64,000 nt of DNA. It comes from an uncultured Bacteroidia bacterium (GTDB lineage: Bacteria > Bacteroidota > Bacteroidia > Bacteroidales > UBA932). The notes below the pieces were generated by a model. It had not been told where the DNA came from, did not search any database, and worked only from the letters and a program-made list of their open reading frames with translations. Below are positions 20,119 to 30,653 of the stretch, in pieces. The position numbers were made by a program, and so were the translations under genes. The stretch covers positions 2,132-66,131 of the forward strand of contig CADCRA010000141.1 in assembly GCA_902803715.1 (NCBI GenBank). Reading direction: 5' to 3'. Within the stretch, counting starts at the first letter, position 1. The number at the start of each line of letters is the position of its first letter.

Positions 20119-21777
20119 ATGATCAAAAGAATATCTTACATCCTGGTAGCGGCTGCCCTCTGTGCAGCCGTCGCCGTTTCCTGCCGTTCCGGGAAAAAGA
20201 ACGAAGTCAAACCTACGAAGAACCTGATTGTCATGATCACGGACGGTACCTCCGGCGGTCTGCTGTCCCTGACCCGCTGGTACAAGCAGTACCTGGATCC
20301 GCAGGACGATCTGTCCTCGCTGGCCATCGATCCGTACATCTGCGGCCTGCTCCGCACCTTCTGTTCGGACAGCCCGATTGCGGAATCGTCCGGATCCATG
20401 TCCCAGTACATGACCGGCGTCCTGCAGCAGGGCCGCAACATTTCGGTCTATCCGATGGCGCATCCGGAGCAGGACCTCGTTCCCATCGATCCGTCCCGCC
20501 AGTGGCAGCCGCAAGCGACGCTGCTGGAGGCCGGCAAAATCCTTCAGCACAAGAGTGTCGGCGTCGTGGCGACCTGCTACATGCACCATGCGACCCCGGC
20601 GGCAACGTCTTCCCATACCGTCGAGCGGAGCGCTGCCTATGACATCACCCGCCAGATGGCTTCCCAGGGGCTGGACGTCTGTTTCGCCGGCGGAACGCGC
20701 TATGTGGACAGCGACGTGCAGAAGATCCTGGCAGACAAGGGAATCGCTTATTACAACCACGATATCGATGCTTTCCGTGCCCACAAGGAGGGCAAGGTGT
20801 GGGCGATCTTCAATCCGAGCCACATGATGTATGAGATCGACCGTACGGACGATGAGCCGACCCTGACGGAGATGACGACCAAAGCCATCGAACTGCTGTC
20901 CAAGAACAAGAACGGCTTCTTCCTGATGGTCGAGGGCAGCAAGGTGGACATGGCGGCCCACGCCAAGGACCCGATCGGTACCGTGACGGAATTCATCGAA
21001 TTCAACAATGCGGTTCAGGCGGCGATCGATTTCGCGAAGAAAGACGGCAATACGACTGTCGTCGTGGTCCCGGACCACGGCACCTCCGGTATCCAGATGG
21101 GTGACGCCAACTACCGGGACTATACCAAGAAAGGCCTGGATTCCATGTTCATCAATTTCAAGAATTACCGCGCCTCCGGCGTCAAGCTGGATTCTATGAT
21201 CCGTCGCCGCGACATGGAGCAGGTCGCGCCGCTCTTCAAGGAATGGACCGGCATCGAACTCAGCGACCGCGAACTGGACGCCATCCGCGCCCACAAGAAC
21301 AAGACGGCCTCCAACTACATGAACGTCAGTCTCGAGCCCAGCCTCAGCGCCCAGATCAACAAGATCCTGACCGACCATACCCACATCGGTTTCGTCAGCG
21401 GGAACCATACGGGCGAGGATGTCTTCTATGCCATCTACAATCCCAACGGCCAGCATCCGACGGCATTGATCAAGAACATCGACCTGAACCGCTACATGCG
21501 GGATGTCATGGGACTGCCGGAGCCGCTGGAGCAGTTGAGCGACGAACTCTTCGTCAAGCATACCGATCTTTTCGCGGAAGGTACGTTCCGGACCGCGGAA
21601 GGGGAGGACGGACCGGAACTGCAGGTAACGGTCGGGACGAAGTCGCTCCGGATTCCGTCCAACAGGTCGTTCGTCTATGTGGACGGCGACCGCAAGGAAC
21701 TCGCTTCCGTGGTTCCTTATATCCGCGAAACCGGGACGTTCTACTGTCCGAAAGACATTCTGAAACTGGTTCAGTAG
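20119..21777 (+). CDS. phoA: Alkaline phosphatase (lipoprotein)
   Basis: ITDG, ES(S) nucleophile region, HATPA, EGSKVDMAAH, DHG, HTGEDV; TATCTTTG at 20070. Confidence 0.9.
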   Translation: MIKRISYILVAAALCAAVAVSCRSGKKNEVKPTKNLIVMITDGTSGGLLSLTRWYKQYLDPQDDLSSLAIDPYICGLLRTFCSDSPIAESSGSMSQYMTGVLQQGRNISVYPMAHPEQDLVPIDPSRQWQPQATLLEAGKILQHKSVGVVATCYMHHATPAATSSHTVERSAAYDITRQMASQGLDVCFAGGTRYVDSDVQKILADKGIAYYNHDIDAFRAHKEGKVWAIFNPSHMMYEIDRTDDEPTLTEMTTKAIELLSKNKNGFFLMVEGSKVDMAAHAKDPIGTVTEFIEFNNAVQAAIDFAKKDGNTTVVVVPDHGTSGIQMGDANYRDYTKKGLDSMFINFKNYRASGVKLDSMIRRRDMEQVAPLFKEWTGIELSDRELDAIRAHKNKTASNYMNVSLEPSLSAQINKILTDHTHIGFVSGNHTGEDVFYAIYNPNGQHPTALIKNIDLNRYMRDVMGLPEPLEQLSDELFVKHTDLFAEGTFRTAEGEDGPELQVTVGTKSLRIPSNRSFVYVDGDRKELASVVPYIRETGTFYCPKDILKLVQ

Positions 21778-21801
21778 CCTTCGGGGCAACCTGATAGGAT
21801 G

Positions 21802-21838
21802 ACCGGCAGGAAGTCCGATTCCTGCCGGTTTTCTTTTT
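21802..21838 (+). terminator. Rho-independent terminator
   Basis: accggcaggaa-gtccga-ttcctgccggt followed by tttcttttt, between convergent genes. Confidence 0.85.
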
Positions 21839-21858
21839 CCGGGAGCGACTTGATCCTG

Positions 21859-24438
21859 CTATTTCTCCGGAAGCGTCTTGATGTAGATGTCCTGCTGCGG
21901 GAACGGAATTTCAATGCCGTTCTCGGTCAGGGTGTTGTAGATGATCTCCTTGGCCTGTGCAGCGTAGGAATAATGCGTGTCGACTGTCGTGAACTGGGAG
22001 ACGATGAGATTGACGCTGTTGTCCCCGAAGCTGTCGAACTTGACGGTCACGCCGCTCTTCGGCTCGACGACGTCGCGGCCGTATTTGTCTTTCGTCTGCA
22101 GGACCTTGAGCGCATCGATAATCAGGGTCCTGACCTTTTCGACATCGGTGCCGTAGGCAACGCCTACCGGGATCCGCAGCAGTTCGTAGGAATGGTTCCG
22201 GGTCAGGTTCTTGAAATTCTTGCTGAACAAGGTGCTGTTCGGGAAGGCGATGACCGCTCCGTCGTTGGCGACGATCTGCGTGCTCTGGTAACTCATGCTG
22301 TCGACCGTACCGCGGATGCCGTCGCACTCGATGACGTCGCCGACCCGCAGGCGTCCGGACATCAGCTGGATGCCGTAGAAGAAGTTGTTGAGCACGTCCT
22401 TCATGGCGAAACCGATACCGGTGGCCAGACCGGTCGAGATGATGGTGATGGCCGATGTCGGGATCTTCAGCAGGATGAATGAGATGATGACGAACAGTCC
22501 CCAGCAGATCAGGCTGATGATGTTGTCGGAAAGCGTGAAGTTGATGCTGGATTCCTTGAAGGCGACGCCGCCGAGTTTCTTGATGGCCGCCCGACTCCGC
22601 CAGACCCGGTAGAAGGCCTTGACGGCGTAGTCGAGGTAGTGCATGAAGAAGTAGAGGCTGACGACGACCACGATCTTGAGCAGGGACAGGTGGATGACGT
22701 TTTCAATATTCAGGAACGGCGCATTGAAATATTCCCGGATAATCTGTCCGAGGTCGAAGACCCGGCCCGCCATGAAGATGCACAGGGGGAGGGACCAGAC
22801 GGCTGCGATCGGGACGATGGCCATCCGGAGCATGTCGTAGGCCCAGGAAACTTCGATGAAGGAGCCTTTCGCCCGGACCGGCAGGTCCGGATTCTTCTCC
22901 CGGTAGGTTTTGAGCCGCTTGGAGATCCGGCTGTTGTAGTAGCGGGTCATCAGGTAATAGACGGCCAGGATCGTCTGGATGACCGTCAATTGGAAGATCC
23001 ACCAGATGGCGATCAGCAGGGCCATCATGACATACCCCAGCCAGGCCGTGAGGGTTGCTACGCAGAGCACCCCGAACGTAGCCCACTGGAAAGCCATGTC
23101 GCTTTGCTGGATGCGGCCCCTGCGCCGGTTGTTGCCGATGAACTGCCAGACGGCGAAGCACAGCAGCAGCGGCGGGAACAGGATGTTGATCAGGCTGTTG
23201 GGGATAAAGATGATGCGGAAGGTGATGATGACCAGGCCCATGACGATGATCGGCAGGTAGCCGCCCAAGGTCGTGCGCGCTTCGCTGCCGCGCAGGCGGA
23301 TCAGCAGGGATGTGAAGATGGCGACCAGCAGCCAGGCGAATTCGGCGAGGAGCGGCATGGCCATGTTGAGGAAATTCATCTTAGAGGCCATGTTGACGAC
23401 CGTGATCGTCAGGCCGAAGATCACGACGCCGATCAGCAGGATGAACAGGAACTTGTGGTCCTGGAAATACGGCGTCTGGAAATACTTGACCCGGCTCATG
23501 GTCAGCCGGACGACCAGGTTGGCGATGACGGTGGCTACCAGGATGTAGAACAGCACCAGCAGGGTGAACCAGACGACCATGGGACCGCGCCATTCGCTGA
23601 CAATGTCCTGTTTGAAGGCGGTCGTGCTGTATTTGTCGACGCAATCCTGCGCGGCTTTGGTCAGGTGCGTCCGGAAATTCCGGATGATCTCCGGGAAGTG
23701 GTCCTGCCCATCGATGAAGATTTTCTTCTGGACATGGCGGTACCGCTCCTGCGCATAGTTGTAGGCTTCCTTGAGGTGCTTGTCCGTCTCCGTATAATAG
23801 GAGTTGTCTTCGTCGACCCGGAACATGGACTCCCAGTACAGGTCCAGGATCTTCTGGGCATAGAACAGGCAGCTGTCCCGTTCGATCTGGGCGGCTTCGT
23901 CCAGCAGGTAGGGATTGTCCTCCGTATCCACGAACGCCGGATTGCCGAGCAGGCTGTCCTGGAAAGCGAGGGTCGTGTCCCGTTCCATCCGCTGGATCAG
24001 TTCGGTGGTATGTTTCTTCAGGGCAGGCGGGAGGTTCTTGAGGGTCTGCACCAGTTTCTCGTAGCGGTCGATCTCGATCTCCAGTTCGCCGACAATGTCC
24101 TCATAGGGCATCCGGTTGCTGTTGAATTCCAGGTACTGGTCCGTCACTTCTTCCAGGGCGTATGTCAGGTCGAAGGTGTAGTCCTGCTGCTGGGAATAGA
24201 GCATCAGGGACAGTTCGTTGCAGTCTTCGATGAGTTTTACGAGCATCTTGTGCTGCTGGACTTCGTTCTTCGTCGAGCCTTCCGCATTCTTCTGCAGCTG
24301 CAGATAGGCGTTGCGGAGTTCATAGTGCAGGACGGCCAGGGTCTGGGGCAGATCCTTTTCCTTGAACACGGCGCCGGCCGGCAGGCTCAGGACAAAGACG
24401 GCGGCCAGGGCGACGAGATGACGGACAAAACGTTTCAT
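21859..24438 (-). CDS. Large MscS-family mechanosensitive channel
   Basis: Helical periplasmic N-terminus, TM region, GIGFAMKD, VGDVIE, VGVAYG, IEIPFPQ. Confidence 0.9.
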   Translation of the reverse strand: MKRFVRHLVALAAVFVLSLPAGAVFKEKDLPQTLAVLHYELRNAYLQLQKNAEGSTKNEVQQHKMLVKLIEDCNELSLMLYSQQQDYTFDLTYALEEVTDQYLEFNSNRMPYEDIVGELEIEIDRYEKLVQTLKNLPPALKKHTTELIQRMERDTTLAFQDSLLGNPAFVDTEDNPYLLDEAAQIERDSCLFYAQKILDLYWESMFRVDEDNSYYTETDKHLKEAYNYAQERYRHVQKKIFIDGQDHFPEIIRNFRTHLTKAAQDCVDKYSTTAFKQDIVSEWRGPMVVWFTLLVLFYILVATVIANLVVRLTMSRVKYFQTPYFQDHKFLFILLIGVVIFGLTITVVNMASKMNFLNMAMPLLAEFAWLLVAIFTSLLIRLRGSEARTTLGGYLPIIVMGLVIITFRIIFIPNSLINILFPPLLLCFAVWQFIGNNRRRGRIQQSDMAFQWATFGVLCVATLTAWLGYVMMALLIAIWWIFQLTVIQTILAVYYLMTRYYNSRISKRLKTYREKNPDLPVRAKGSFIEVSWAYDMLRMAIVPIAAVWSLPLCIFMAGRVFDLGQIIREYFNAPFLNIENVIHLSLLKIVVVVSLYFFMHYLDYAVKAFYRVWRSRAAIKKLGGVAFKESSINFTLSDNIISLICWGLFVIISFILLKIPTSAITIISTGLATGIGFAMKDVLNNFFYGIQLMSGRLRVGDVIECDGIRGTVDSMSYQSTQIVANDGAVIAFPNSTLFSKNFKNLTRNHSYELLRIPVGVAYGTDVEKVRTLIIDALKVLQTKDKYGRDVVEPKSGVTVKFDSFGDNSVNLIVSQFTTVDTHYSYAAQAKEIIYNTLTENGIEIPFPQQDIYIKTLPEK

Positions 24439-24524
24439 GTTGATTTTCAGCGTTGATTTCAGGACAAAGTTACGACTAATTTGTATCTTTGCCGCAATTT
24501 CGGGTCAAAAACCCCGCTGCTTAG

Positions 24525-26189
24525 ATGGAAATGAGTTTCTTGGAGACACTTTTTACCGGTTATTCCGCCATGCAGGCGGTCGTGGTCATTTTCCTGATCA
24601 TCGTCGCCGGTCTGGTGCTGGGACGGATCAAGGTCGCCGGCATTTCGCTGGGTGTCACCTTCGTTTTCTTCTGCGGTATCCTGGCCGGTCATTTCGGCCT
24701 GTCCGTCGACCCGAAGATGCTGACTTTCGCGCAGAATTTCGGCCTGATCATCTTCGTGTACGCTCTGGGCCTCCAGGTCGGTCCCGGTTTCTTCAACGCC
24801 TTCCGGAAAGGCGGCATGGAACTGAATGTCCTTGGGATGGGGGTCATCCTGATCGGAACGTTCATGGCCGTCGCCTTTACCTGGTTCACGCCGGTCAGCC
24901 TGCCGGACATGATCGGCGTCCTCTGCGGGGCGACGACCAATACGCCGGCCCTGGGTGCGGCCCAGCAGACCCTGGACCAGCTCGGGTTGGACAGCACTTC
25001 TCCGGCTCTCGGCTGTGCGGTCACGTATCCGCTGGGCGTTGTCGGCGTAATCCTCGCGATGGTCCTGCTGCGCAAGACCGTGGTCCGGCCCAAAGACCTG
25101 GAGAACAGGCCTGTACGGGGAGAAGCGACGTATATCGCGACGTTCCGGATCCTGAACCCTGCCGTCATCGGAAAGTCCCTGCCTGAAATCGCACACCTGA
25201 CTCCGGATCATTTCATCATTTCCCGCATCTGGCGGGAGGGGAGTCTCATCCTTCCGGATTCGACAATCTGCCTGCAGGAGAACGACCGGGTTCTGGTCGT
25301 GACGACAGAACAGGAGGTCGCCGGCCTGACGCTGGTATTCGGCGAGCAGGAAAAGACGGACTGGAACTCGGAAGGCATCGATTGGAATGCCCTGGACAGC
25401 CAGCTCAGTTCGCACCGGATCCTCGTGACGCGGCCGGAAATCAACGGCAAGAGCCTGGGGTCGCTGAAGTTGCGCAACCGCTTCGGGGTCAATGTGACCC
25501 GCATCTACCGGGGGGACATCGCGCTGTTGGCCACACCGGACCGGATTCTCCGGATGGGCGACAAGGTCGTGACGGTCGGCAGCGAGGAGAATATCGCAGC
25601 GGTGGAGAAGGAATTGGGCAATGCCGTCCGGAACCTGCGCGAACCGAACCTGGTGTCGATCTGCCTGGGTATCATTTTCGGCCTGGTACTGGGTGCCATT
25701 CCTTTTACCGTCCCCGGCGTAAGCGCTCCGGTCCGCCTGGGCTTGGCCGGCGGTCCGATTATCGCCGGTATTCTGGTCGGTGCTTTCGGACCGCGGATCC
25801 ATATGGTCGCCTATACGACGGAAAGCGCCAACCTGATGCTGCGCCGGCTGGGCCTGGCCATGTATCTGGCCTGTCTGGGGCTGGATGCGGGCGCGCGGTT
25901 TTTCGAGACGGTCTTCCGGCCGGAGGGCCTGCTCTGGGTCGGACTCGGTTTCGCCATCACGGTCATTCCGGTCCTGGTCATGGGATGGGTCTCGCTGAAG
26001 TGTTTCCACCTGGATTTCGGTACGGTGACCGGCATGTTGTGCGGCAGCATGGCCAATCCGATGGCCCTGACCTATGCTTCTGATACGATTCCGAACGACA
26101 ATCCCGCCCTGTGCTATGCGCAGGTCTATCCGCTGTGCATGTTCCTGCGGGTCATCATTGCCCAGGTGGTGCTTGTCTTGCTCGTTTAA
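24525..26189 (+). CDS. AspT/YidE/YbjL-family transporter with TrkA-C domains
   Basis: GLQVGPGFF, TNTPALG, YPLGV; duplicated membrane halves flanking a soluble region. Confidence 0.9.
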   Translation: MEMSFLETLFTGYSAMQAVVVIFLIIVAGLVLGRIKVAGISLGVTFVFFCGILAGHFGLSVDPKMLTFAQNFGLIIFVYALGLQVGPGFFNAFRKGGMELNVLGMGVILIGTFMAVAFTWFTPVSLPDMIGVLCGATTNTPALGAAQQTLDQLGLDSTSPALGCAVTYPLGVVGVILAMVLLRKTVVRPKDLENRPVRGEATYIATFRILNPAVIGKSLPEIAHLTPDHFIISRIWREGSLILPDSTICLQENDRVLVVTTEQEVAGLTLVFGEQEKTDWNSEGIDWNALDSQLSSHRILVTRPEINGKSLGSLKLRNRFGVNVTRIYRGDIALLATPDRILRMGDKVVTVGSEENIAAVEKELGNAVRNLREPNLVSICLGIIFGLVLGAIPFTVPGVSAPVRLGLAGGPIIAGILVGAFGPRIHMVAYTTESANLMLRRLGLAMYLACLGLDAGARFFETVFRPEGLLWVGLGFAITVIPVLVMGWVSLKCFHLDFGTVTGMLCGSMANPMALTYASDTIPNDNPALCYAQVYPLCMFLRVIIAQVVLVLLV

Positions 26190-26222
26190 AATGACTATTT
26201 TTGCAAATCTAAATTCGAATAT

Positions 26223-27209
26223 ATGGAAAAAGTTGTGAGCGGTATCCGGCCGACGGGAAATCTGCACCTCGGCAATTATTTCGGAGCGGTCAAGAGTTTC
26301 GTGGCCATGCAGGATCAGTATGATTGCATGTTTTTCATCGCCGACTGGCACTCCCTGACGACCCATCCGAAGCCGGAGAACATCATCTCCAGCGCCCGGA
26401 CCATCCTCGCGGAATACCTGGCCTGCGGCATCGATCCGAAGAAGGCTCCGATCTATGTCCAGAGCGATGTCAAGGAGACCCTGGAGTTGTACCTATATCT
26501 CAACATGAACATGTACATGGGTGAATTGGAGCGGGTTACCACTTTCAAGGAGAAGGCTCGCCAGCAGCCGGACAACGTCAATGCCGGCCTGTTGACCTAT
26601 CCGACCCTCATGGCGGCAGACATCCTGCAGCACCGGGCCCACAAGGTGCCGGTCGGCAAGGATCAGGAGCAGAACATGGAGATGGCGCGCACCTGCGCCC
26701 GCCGTTTCAATCATATTTACGGTGAGGAGTTCTTCCCGGAGCCGCAGAATTATTATTTCAGTGACAAGGCGGTCAAGATTCCGGGTTTGGACGGCAGCGG
26801 CAAGATGGGCAAGAGCGAAGGCAATTGCATCTACCTGCGGGACGATGACAAGACAATCACCAAGAAGGTCATGAAGGCAGTGACGGATGCGGGGCCGCAG
26901 AGCCCGAACAGCGAGCGGCCGCAGATCATCGAGAACCTGTTCACCTTCCTGAAGATCGTTTCCGCACCGGATACCTACCAGTATTTCGATGAAAAGTGGA
27001 ATGACTGCACGCTGCGGTACGGCGACCTGAAGAAGCAGATCGCTGCGGACCTGTGCGCGCTGGTCGGACCGATCCGCGAGCGGATCAACGAGTACAGCGC
27101 CAATACGGACCTGCTGGACAAAATCGCCCGCGAGGGCGCTGAAGTGGCCCGTGAAAGTGCCGCCGCCACCCTCCGCGAAGTCCGTCGCATCATCGGCTTC
27201 CGCGTCTGA
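26223..27209 (+). CDS. trpS: Tryptophan--tRNA ligase
   Basis: PTGNLHLGN (HIGH), YPTLMAADIL, VPVGKDQ, KMGKS. Confidence 0.97.
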   Translation: MEKVVSGIRPTGNLHLGNYFGAVKSFVAMQDQYDCMFFIADWHSLTTHPKPENIISSARTILAEYLACGIDPKKAPIYVQSDVKETLELYLYLNMNMYMGELERVTTFKEKARQQPDNVNAGLLTYPTLMAADILQHRAHKVPVGKDQEQNMEMARTCARRFNHIYGEEFFPEPQNYYFSDKAVKIPGLDGSGKMGKSEGNCIYLRDDDKTITKKVMKAVTDAGPQSPNSERPQIIENLFTFLKIVSAPDTYQYFDEKWNDCTLRYGDLKKQIAADLCALVGPIRERINEYSANTDLLDKIAREGAEVARESAAATLREVRRIIGFRV

Positions 27210-27259
27210 TTTCCGTCTTTGATAGGGGAGCCCGGGCCGTCGTTTCGCCCGGCGGATGG

Positions 27260-28063
27260 TCAGCAGTACAGTAGGCTGACGATCCACATGACAAGGCGCT
27301 CGGGGAGAAGCCGGGAAAGGATCTCGATGGCTTTGTAATCCAGGCGCGGAGTGACGTGAAGACGCATCCTGCGCCTTTTCAGTTGCCGGAGGATGGCGCG
27401 GGCGATGACATCCGGGGACATGCCGTTCTGCTCGTCTTTCTCCATCTTGGCAACGGAACGGGCCATGGTCTCGGCATAGGCCCCCTCTTTCGCTCTCGCG
27501 GTATATTTCCGCGCTCCGGTGAATCCGGTTTTTGTGTCACCCGGCAGGATGCTGCAGCATTGGATGCCGAAGGGTTTGACCTCCAGGGACAAGGCTTTCG
27601 TGTACATCAGCAGGGCCGCTTTTGCGCTGGAATAAAAAGCCTGGTAGGGGATCGGGATAAACGCTGCGACGGACGAGACGGTCAGGATCCGTCCCTGACC
27701 CTGACGCCGGAATTCCGGCAGGCAGGCGTCGATCACGCGGACGGCGCCGTAGAAACAGGTTTCGAACTGGTAGCGGATCTCTTCGATGGATGTATCTTCG
27801 GCAGCCCCGGCGATGCCGTTGCCGGCGTTGCAGACGACCGCGTCCAGCCGGCCTTGTTCCTGCAGGATCCGGTTGACGGCGAGGACGACGGCAGTCTGGT
27901 CATTGACATCCATGACGAGGGGGATGATCCGTTCGTGTTGCGGTGCCCGTCCGCTCCGGGATGCGGCATAGACCGTCATGCCGGCCTCAGCCAGCATCCG
28001 GGCCGCCGCGGCACCGATGCCGCTGCTCCCACCTGTCAGCAGAACGATTTCAGCAGGTTTCAT
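27260..28063 (-). CDS. SDR-family oxidoreductase
   Basis: TGGSSGIG, NAG, YSSAK; own TAACTTTG element at 28082-28089. Confidence 0.92.
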   Translation of the reverse strand: MKPAEIVLLTGGSSGIGAAAARMLAEAGMTVYAASRSGRAPQHERIIPLVMDVNDQTAVVLAVNRILQEQGRLDAVVCNAGNGIAGAAEDTSIEEIRYQFETCFYGAVRVIDACLPEFRRQGQGRILTVSSVAAFIPIPYQAFYSSAKAALLMYTKALSLEVKPFGIQCCSILPGDTKTGFTGARKYTARAKEGAYAETMARSVAKMEKDEQNGMSPDVIARAILRQLKRRRMRLHVTPRLDYKAIEILSRLLPERLVMWIVSLLYC

Positions 28064-28067
28064 GGTC

Positions 28068-29312
28068 CTATGGTTTGGATGCAAAGTTAGTAAAAGCGAC
28101 GGAATCTGAGAGGGAAACTGCAATGACATGACCGCAGGTCCAGGCAGCCTGGAGGTTGAAGCCGCCGGTCACGGCATCGATATCGAGGACTTCTCCACCC
28201 AGATACAGGCCGGGGAATCGTTTGGCTTCCAGGGTATTCGGATGAATATCCGAGAGACTGACGCCGCCGCAGGTGACGAACTCTTCCTTGAACGCAGCCT
28301 TCCCGGCGATTTTGTATGCATCGGCGGTCAGTACGTCGGCGAGTCGGTTCAGACCTTTGCTTCCCAGTTCGGCGAACCGGATGTCCGGACGCAGGCCGGC
28401 CCGTTCCAGCAGGAAGGTCCAAAGGCGGCTGGTCAGGGATTCCGGCCAGCGGGAGGCGAGGTATTTCTGCGGGTTCCCGGCCCCCAGTTCCTGTACCAAG
28501 GCCCGCGCTTCACCGGCCGTTGCGGCCAGCCAGTTGACCAGCAGGGAAGCCTGGTACCCGTTCTCGGCGAGATGGCGGGCAGCATAAGAAGAGAGTTTCA
28601 GTATGGCGGGACCGCTCATGCCCCAGTCGGTAATCAGCAGGGGACCCTCCGCGTGGAATTTCGTACCTGCCAGGGTCACGGCAGCCGGATAGACGACCGT
28701 TCCCATCAGGTCGCGGGGGGCATCCGGCACCTTGAAGGTAAACAGGGAAGGAACCGGTTCGACAATCGCCAGTCCCAACCGCTCCAGAAAACCGATACCG
28801 CTGCGTTTCGGACTGCCTCCGGTCGTAATGACGACAGCGTCCGCCCTGTCGGAGGACCCGTCGGCAAAGGTCATGGACCAACCGTCCGGTACGGCCTCCA
28901 GAACGTTGAGCCGGCAACCGGTCTTCAGCAGGACGCCGCTCTCGCGCATCCGTTCCAGCAGGACATGGACAATCTGCATGGCGTCCTGGGATTTCGGAAA
29001 CACGCACTGGTCTTCCTGCAGGATAAGCGGGACTCCTTCGGCTTCGAACCAGCGCCAGGTGTCTTCGTGATTGAATACATGGAAGAGGCGGCCCATCAGC
29101 CGGTGGCCGCGGGGATAGGCGCGGGAGAGGTCGGATATTTCCGCAAACGAGTTCGTCAGGTTGCACCGCCCGCCTCCGGTCACGGCGACTTTTGCCAGCG
29201 GACGGCGGCCTGCCTCATAGACCGTGATCTGCAGGTCGGGCCTCCTGCGGGCCAGTTCGACTGCGCAGAAACAGCCGGCTGCTCCGGCCCCGATGATGGC
29301 GATCCGTTTCAT
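28068..29312 (-). CDS. HI0933/BaiN-family flavoprotein
   Basis: GAGAAG, GGGRCNLTN, SGPAIL, TGGFNLQAA. Confidence 0.92.
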   Translation of the reverse strand: MKRIAIIGAGAAGCFCAVELARRRPDLQITVYEAGRRPLAKVAVTGGGRCNLTNSFAEISDLSRAYPRGHRLMGRLFHVFNHEDTWRWFEAEGVPLILQEDQCVFPKSQDAMQIVHVLLERMRESGVLLKTGCRLNVLEAVPDGWSMTFADGSSDRADAVVITTGGSPKRSGIGFLERLGLAIVEPVPSLFTFKVPDAPRDLMGTVVYPAAVTLAGTKFHAEGPLLITDWGMSGPAILKLSSYAARHLAENGYQASLLVNWLAATAGEARALVQELGAGNPQKYLASRWPESLTSRLWTFLLERAGLRPDIRFAELGSKGLNRLADVLTADAYKIAGKAAFKEEFVTCGGVSLSDIHPNTLEAKRFPGLYLGGEVLDIDAVTGGFNLQAAWTCGHVIAVSLSDSVAFTNFASKP

Positions 29313-30166
29313 CGTTCCAAGTCCTTGGAAGAAATGAAGCGGGTCGGGAGGGTCATGTCGTATACGGAACTGCGCAGGAAGTCGGTCAGCGTCGGGATAT
29401 CCTGGAACGAGCGGATGACTTCGGGTTGGATGATCGGCCCGAAGGCCAGCCGGTTCTGGGCTCCTGCCTTGTTGATGACCTCGGTCGGAAGCCGCATCAG
29501 CCGGACTTTCCAGTCAATCAGGCCGAGCCGGTAATAGAATTTCGAGTTGCCGTCGAAGAAGCGGACCGGTACGACGGGAACGCCGGCTTTCCGGATGACC
29601 CGGATGATGGCCTCCTGCCAGGGACGGTCGGTTACCAAGCCGGTCTTCCAGTCCAGGTCGGATACGGCGCCGGAGGGAAAGATGCCCAGCGGATGCCCTT
29701 CGCGCAGATGCTGCAGGGCGGTGCGGATGCCGCTGATGCTGTCCCAGGTCGGAGCCGTCCGCTCCGTTCCCGTAGGGGTCACGGTGATGAAACTGGGGCC
29801 CATGGCCTCCAGATAGGAAAGAATCTTGTTGACCAGCACTTTGTAGTCCGGGAATAGATGCCCGATCAGGTCGACGAGGATGATGCCGTCCAGCCCTCCG
29901 TACGGATGGTTGCTGATGGTGATGAACGGCGGCTCCAGACCTTCGAGGACATCGAGTCCGGCGACTTCGTAACTGGCGCCGGTCTGCGTCAGGACATTTC
30001 GGGCGAAATCCGGTCCCTGGACACCTCCGGCCGCACTCCGTTCGTAGTAGTCGCAGAACCGGTTCAGGTTCAGCAGGCGCTTGAGACACCGTCCGGCTAC
30101 CTTTCCGAGGCCGGTCGCAAAAAACGGAGAGATGCTCTCCATCTGGCGCTGGTCGAGGAGGGCCAT
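29309..30166 (-). CDS. Lysophospholipid acyltransferase family protein
   Basis: NHPYGGLDG (HxxxxD), FPSG. Confidence 0.85.
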   Translation of the reverse strand: MALLDQRQMESISPFFATGLGKVAGRCLKRLLNLNRFCDYYERSAAGGVQGPDFARNVLTQTGASYEVAGLDVLEGLEPPFITISNHPYGGLDGIILVDLIGHLFPDYKVLVNKILSYLEAMGPSFITVTPTGTERTAPTWDSISGIRTALQHLREGHPLGIFPSGAVSDLDWKTGLVTDRPWQEAIIRVIRKAGVPVVPVRFFDGNSKFYYRLGLIDWKVRLMRLPTEVINKAGAQNRLAFGPIIQPEVIRSFQDIPTLTDFLRSSVYDMTLPTRFISSKDLER

Positions 30167-30167
30167 G

Positions 30168-30653
30168 TTACTCTGCTTTGTTGAATTCGTCCAGGATCAC
30201 GTCCATCGGGGCGACTTTCTTGGGCCCGCGCTTGCCGAAAACGACCCATTCGTTCAGGGCGAAATTGAGCAGGCCGGAAACGCAGAGGGCGAGCAGGTTG
30301 CAGATCAGCACGTCCCAGTGGAAGATTTTTTCGATCAGCAGGAGGATCCCCATCTTGACGAGGAATCCGCCCGTCGAGGTCAGCCCATAACCGGCGAAAT
30401 GCCGCAGGAACGAGCGGAGGGACCGCTTGCTGACCCGGTCTTTCCATACGATGAAATACGCCAGCGAGAAATTGGTCAGCAGGGCAAAGAAGAAAGAGAT
30501 GACCGGAGAGATCATATACTCTCCATAGTACCATCCCTTGAAAACAAACTGCTTGAAGATCCACAGCACGACCATATCCACCACCGTCCCGGCAAGGGTG
30601 GAGGCGGAGAATTTGGCAAGCCGGAGGCCTTTGTCGAGCAGTGTGCTACTCAT
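30168..30653 (-). CDS. GtrA-family membrane protein
   Basis: About 4 TM helices, GTVVD, NF..N..VVF. Confidence 0.85.
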   Translation of the reverse strand: MSSTLLDKGLRLAKFSASTLAGTVVDMVVLWIFKQFVFKGWYYGEYMISPVISFFFALLTNFSLAYFIVWKDRVSKRSLRSFLRHFAGYGLTSTGGFLVKMGILLLIEKIFHWDVLICNLLALCVSGLLNFALNEWVVFGKRGPKKVAPMDVILDEFNKAE

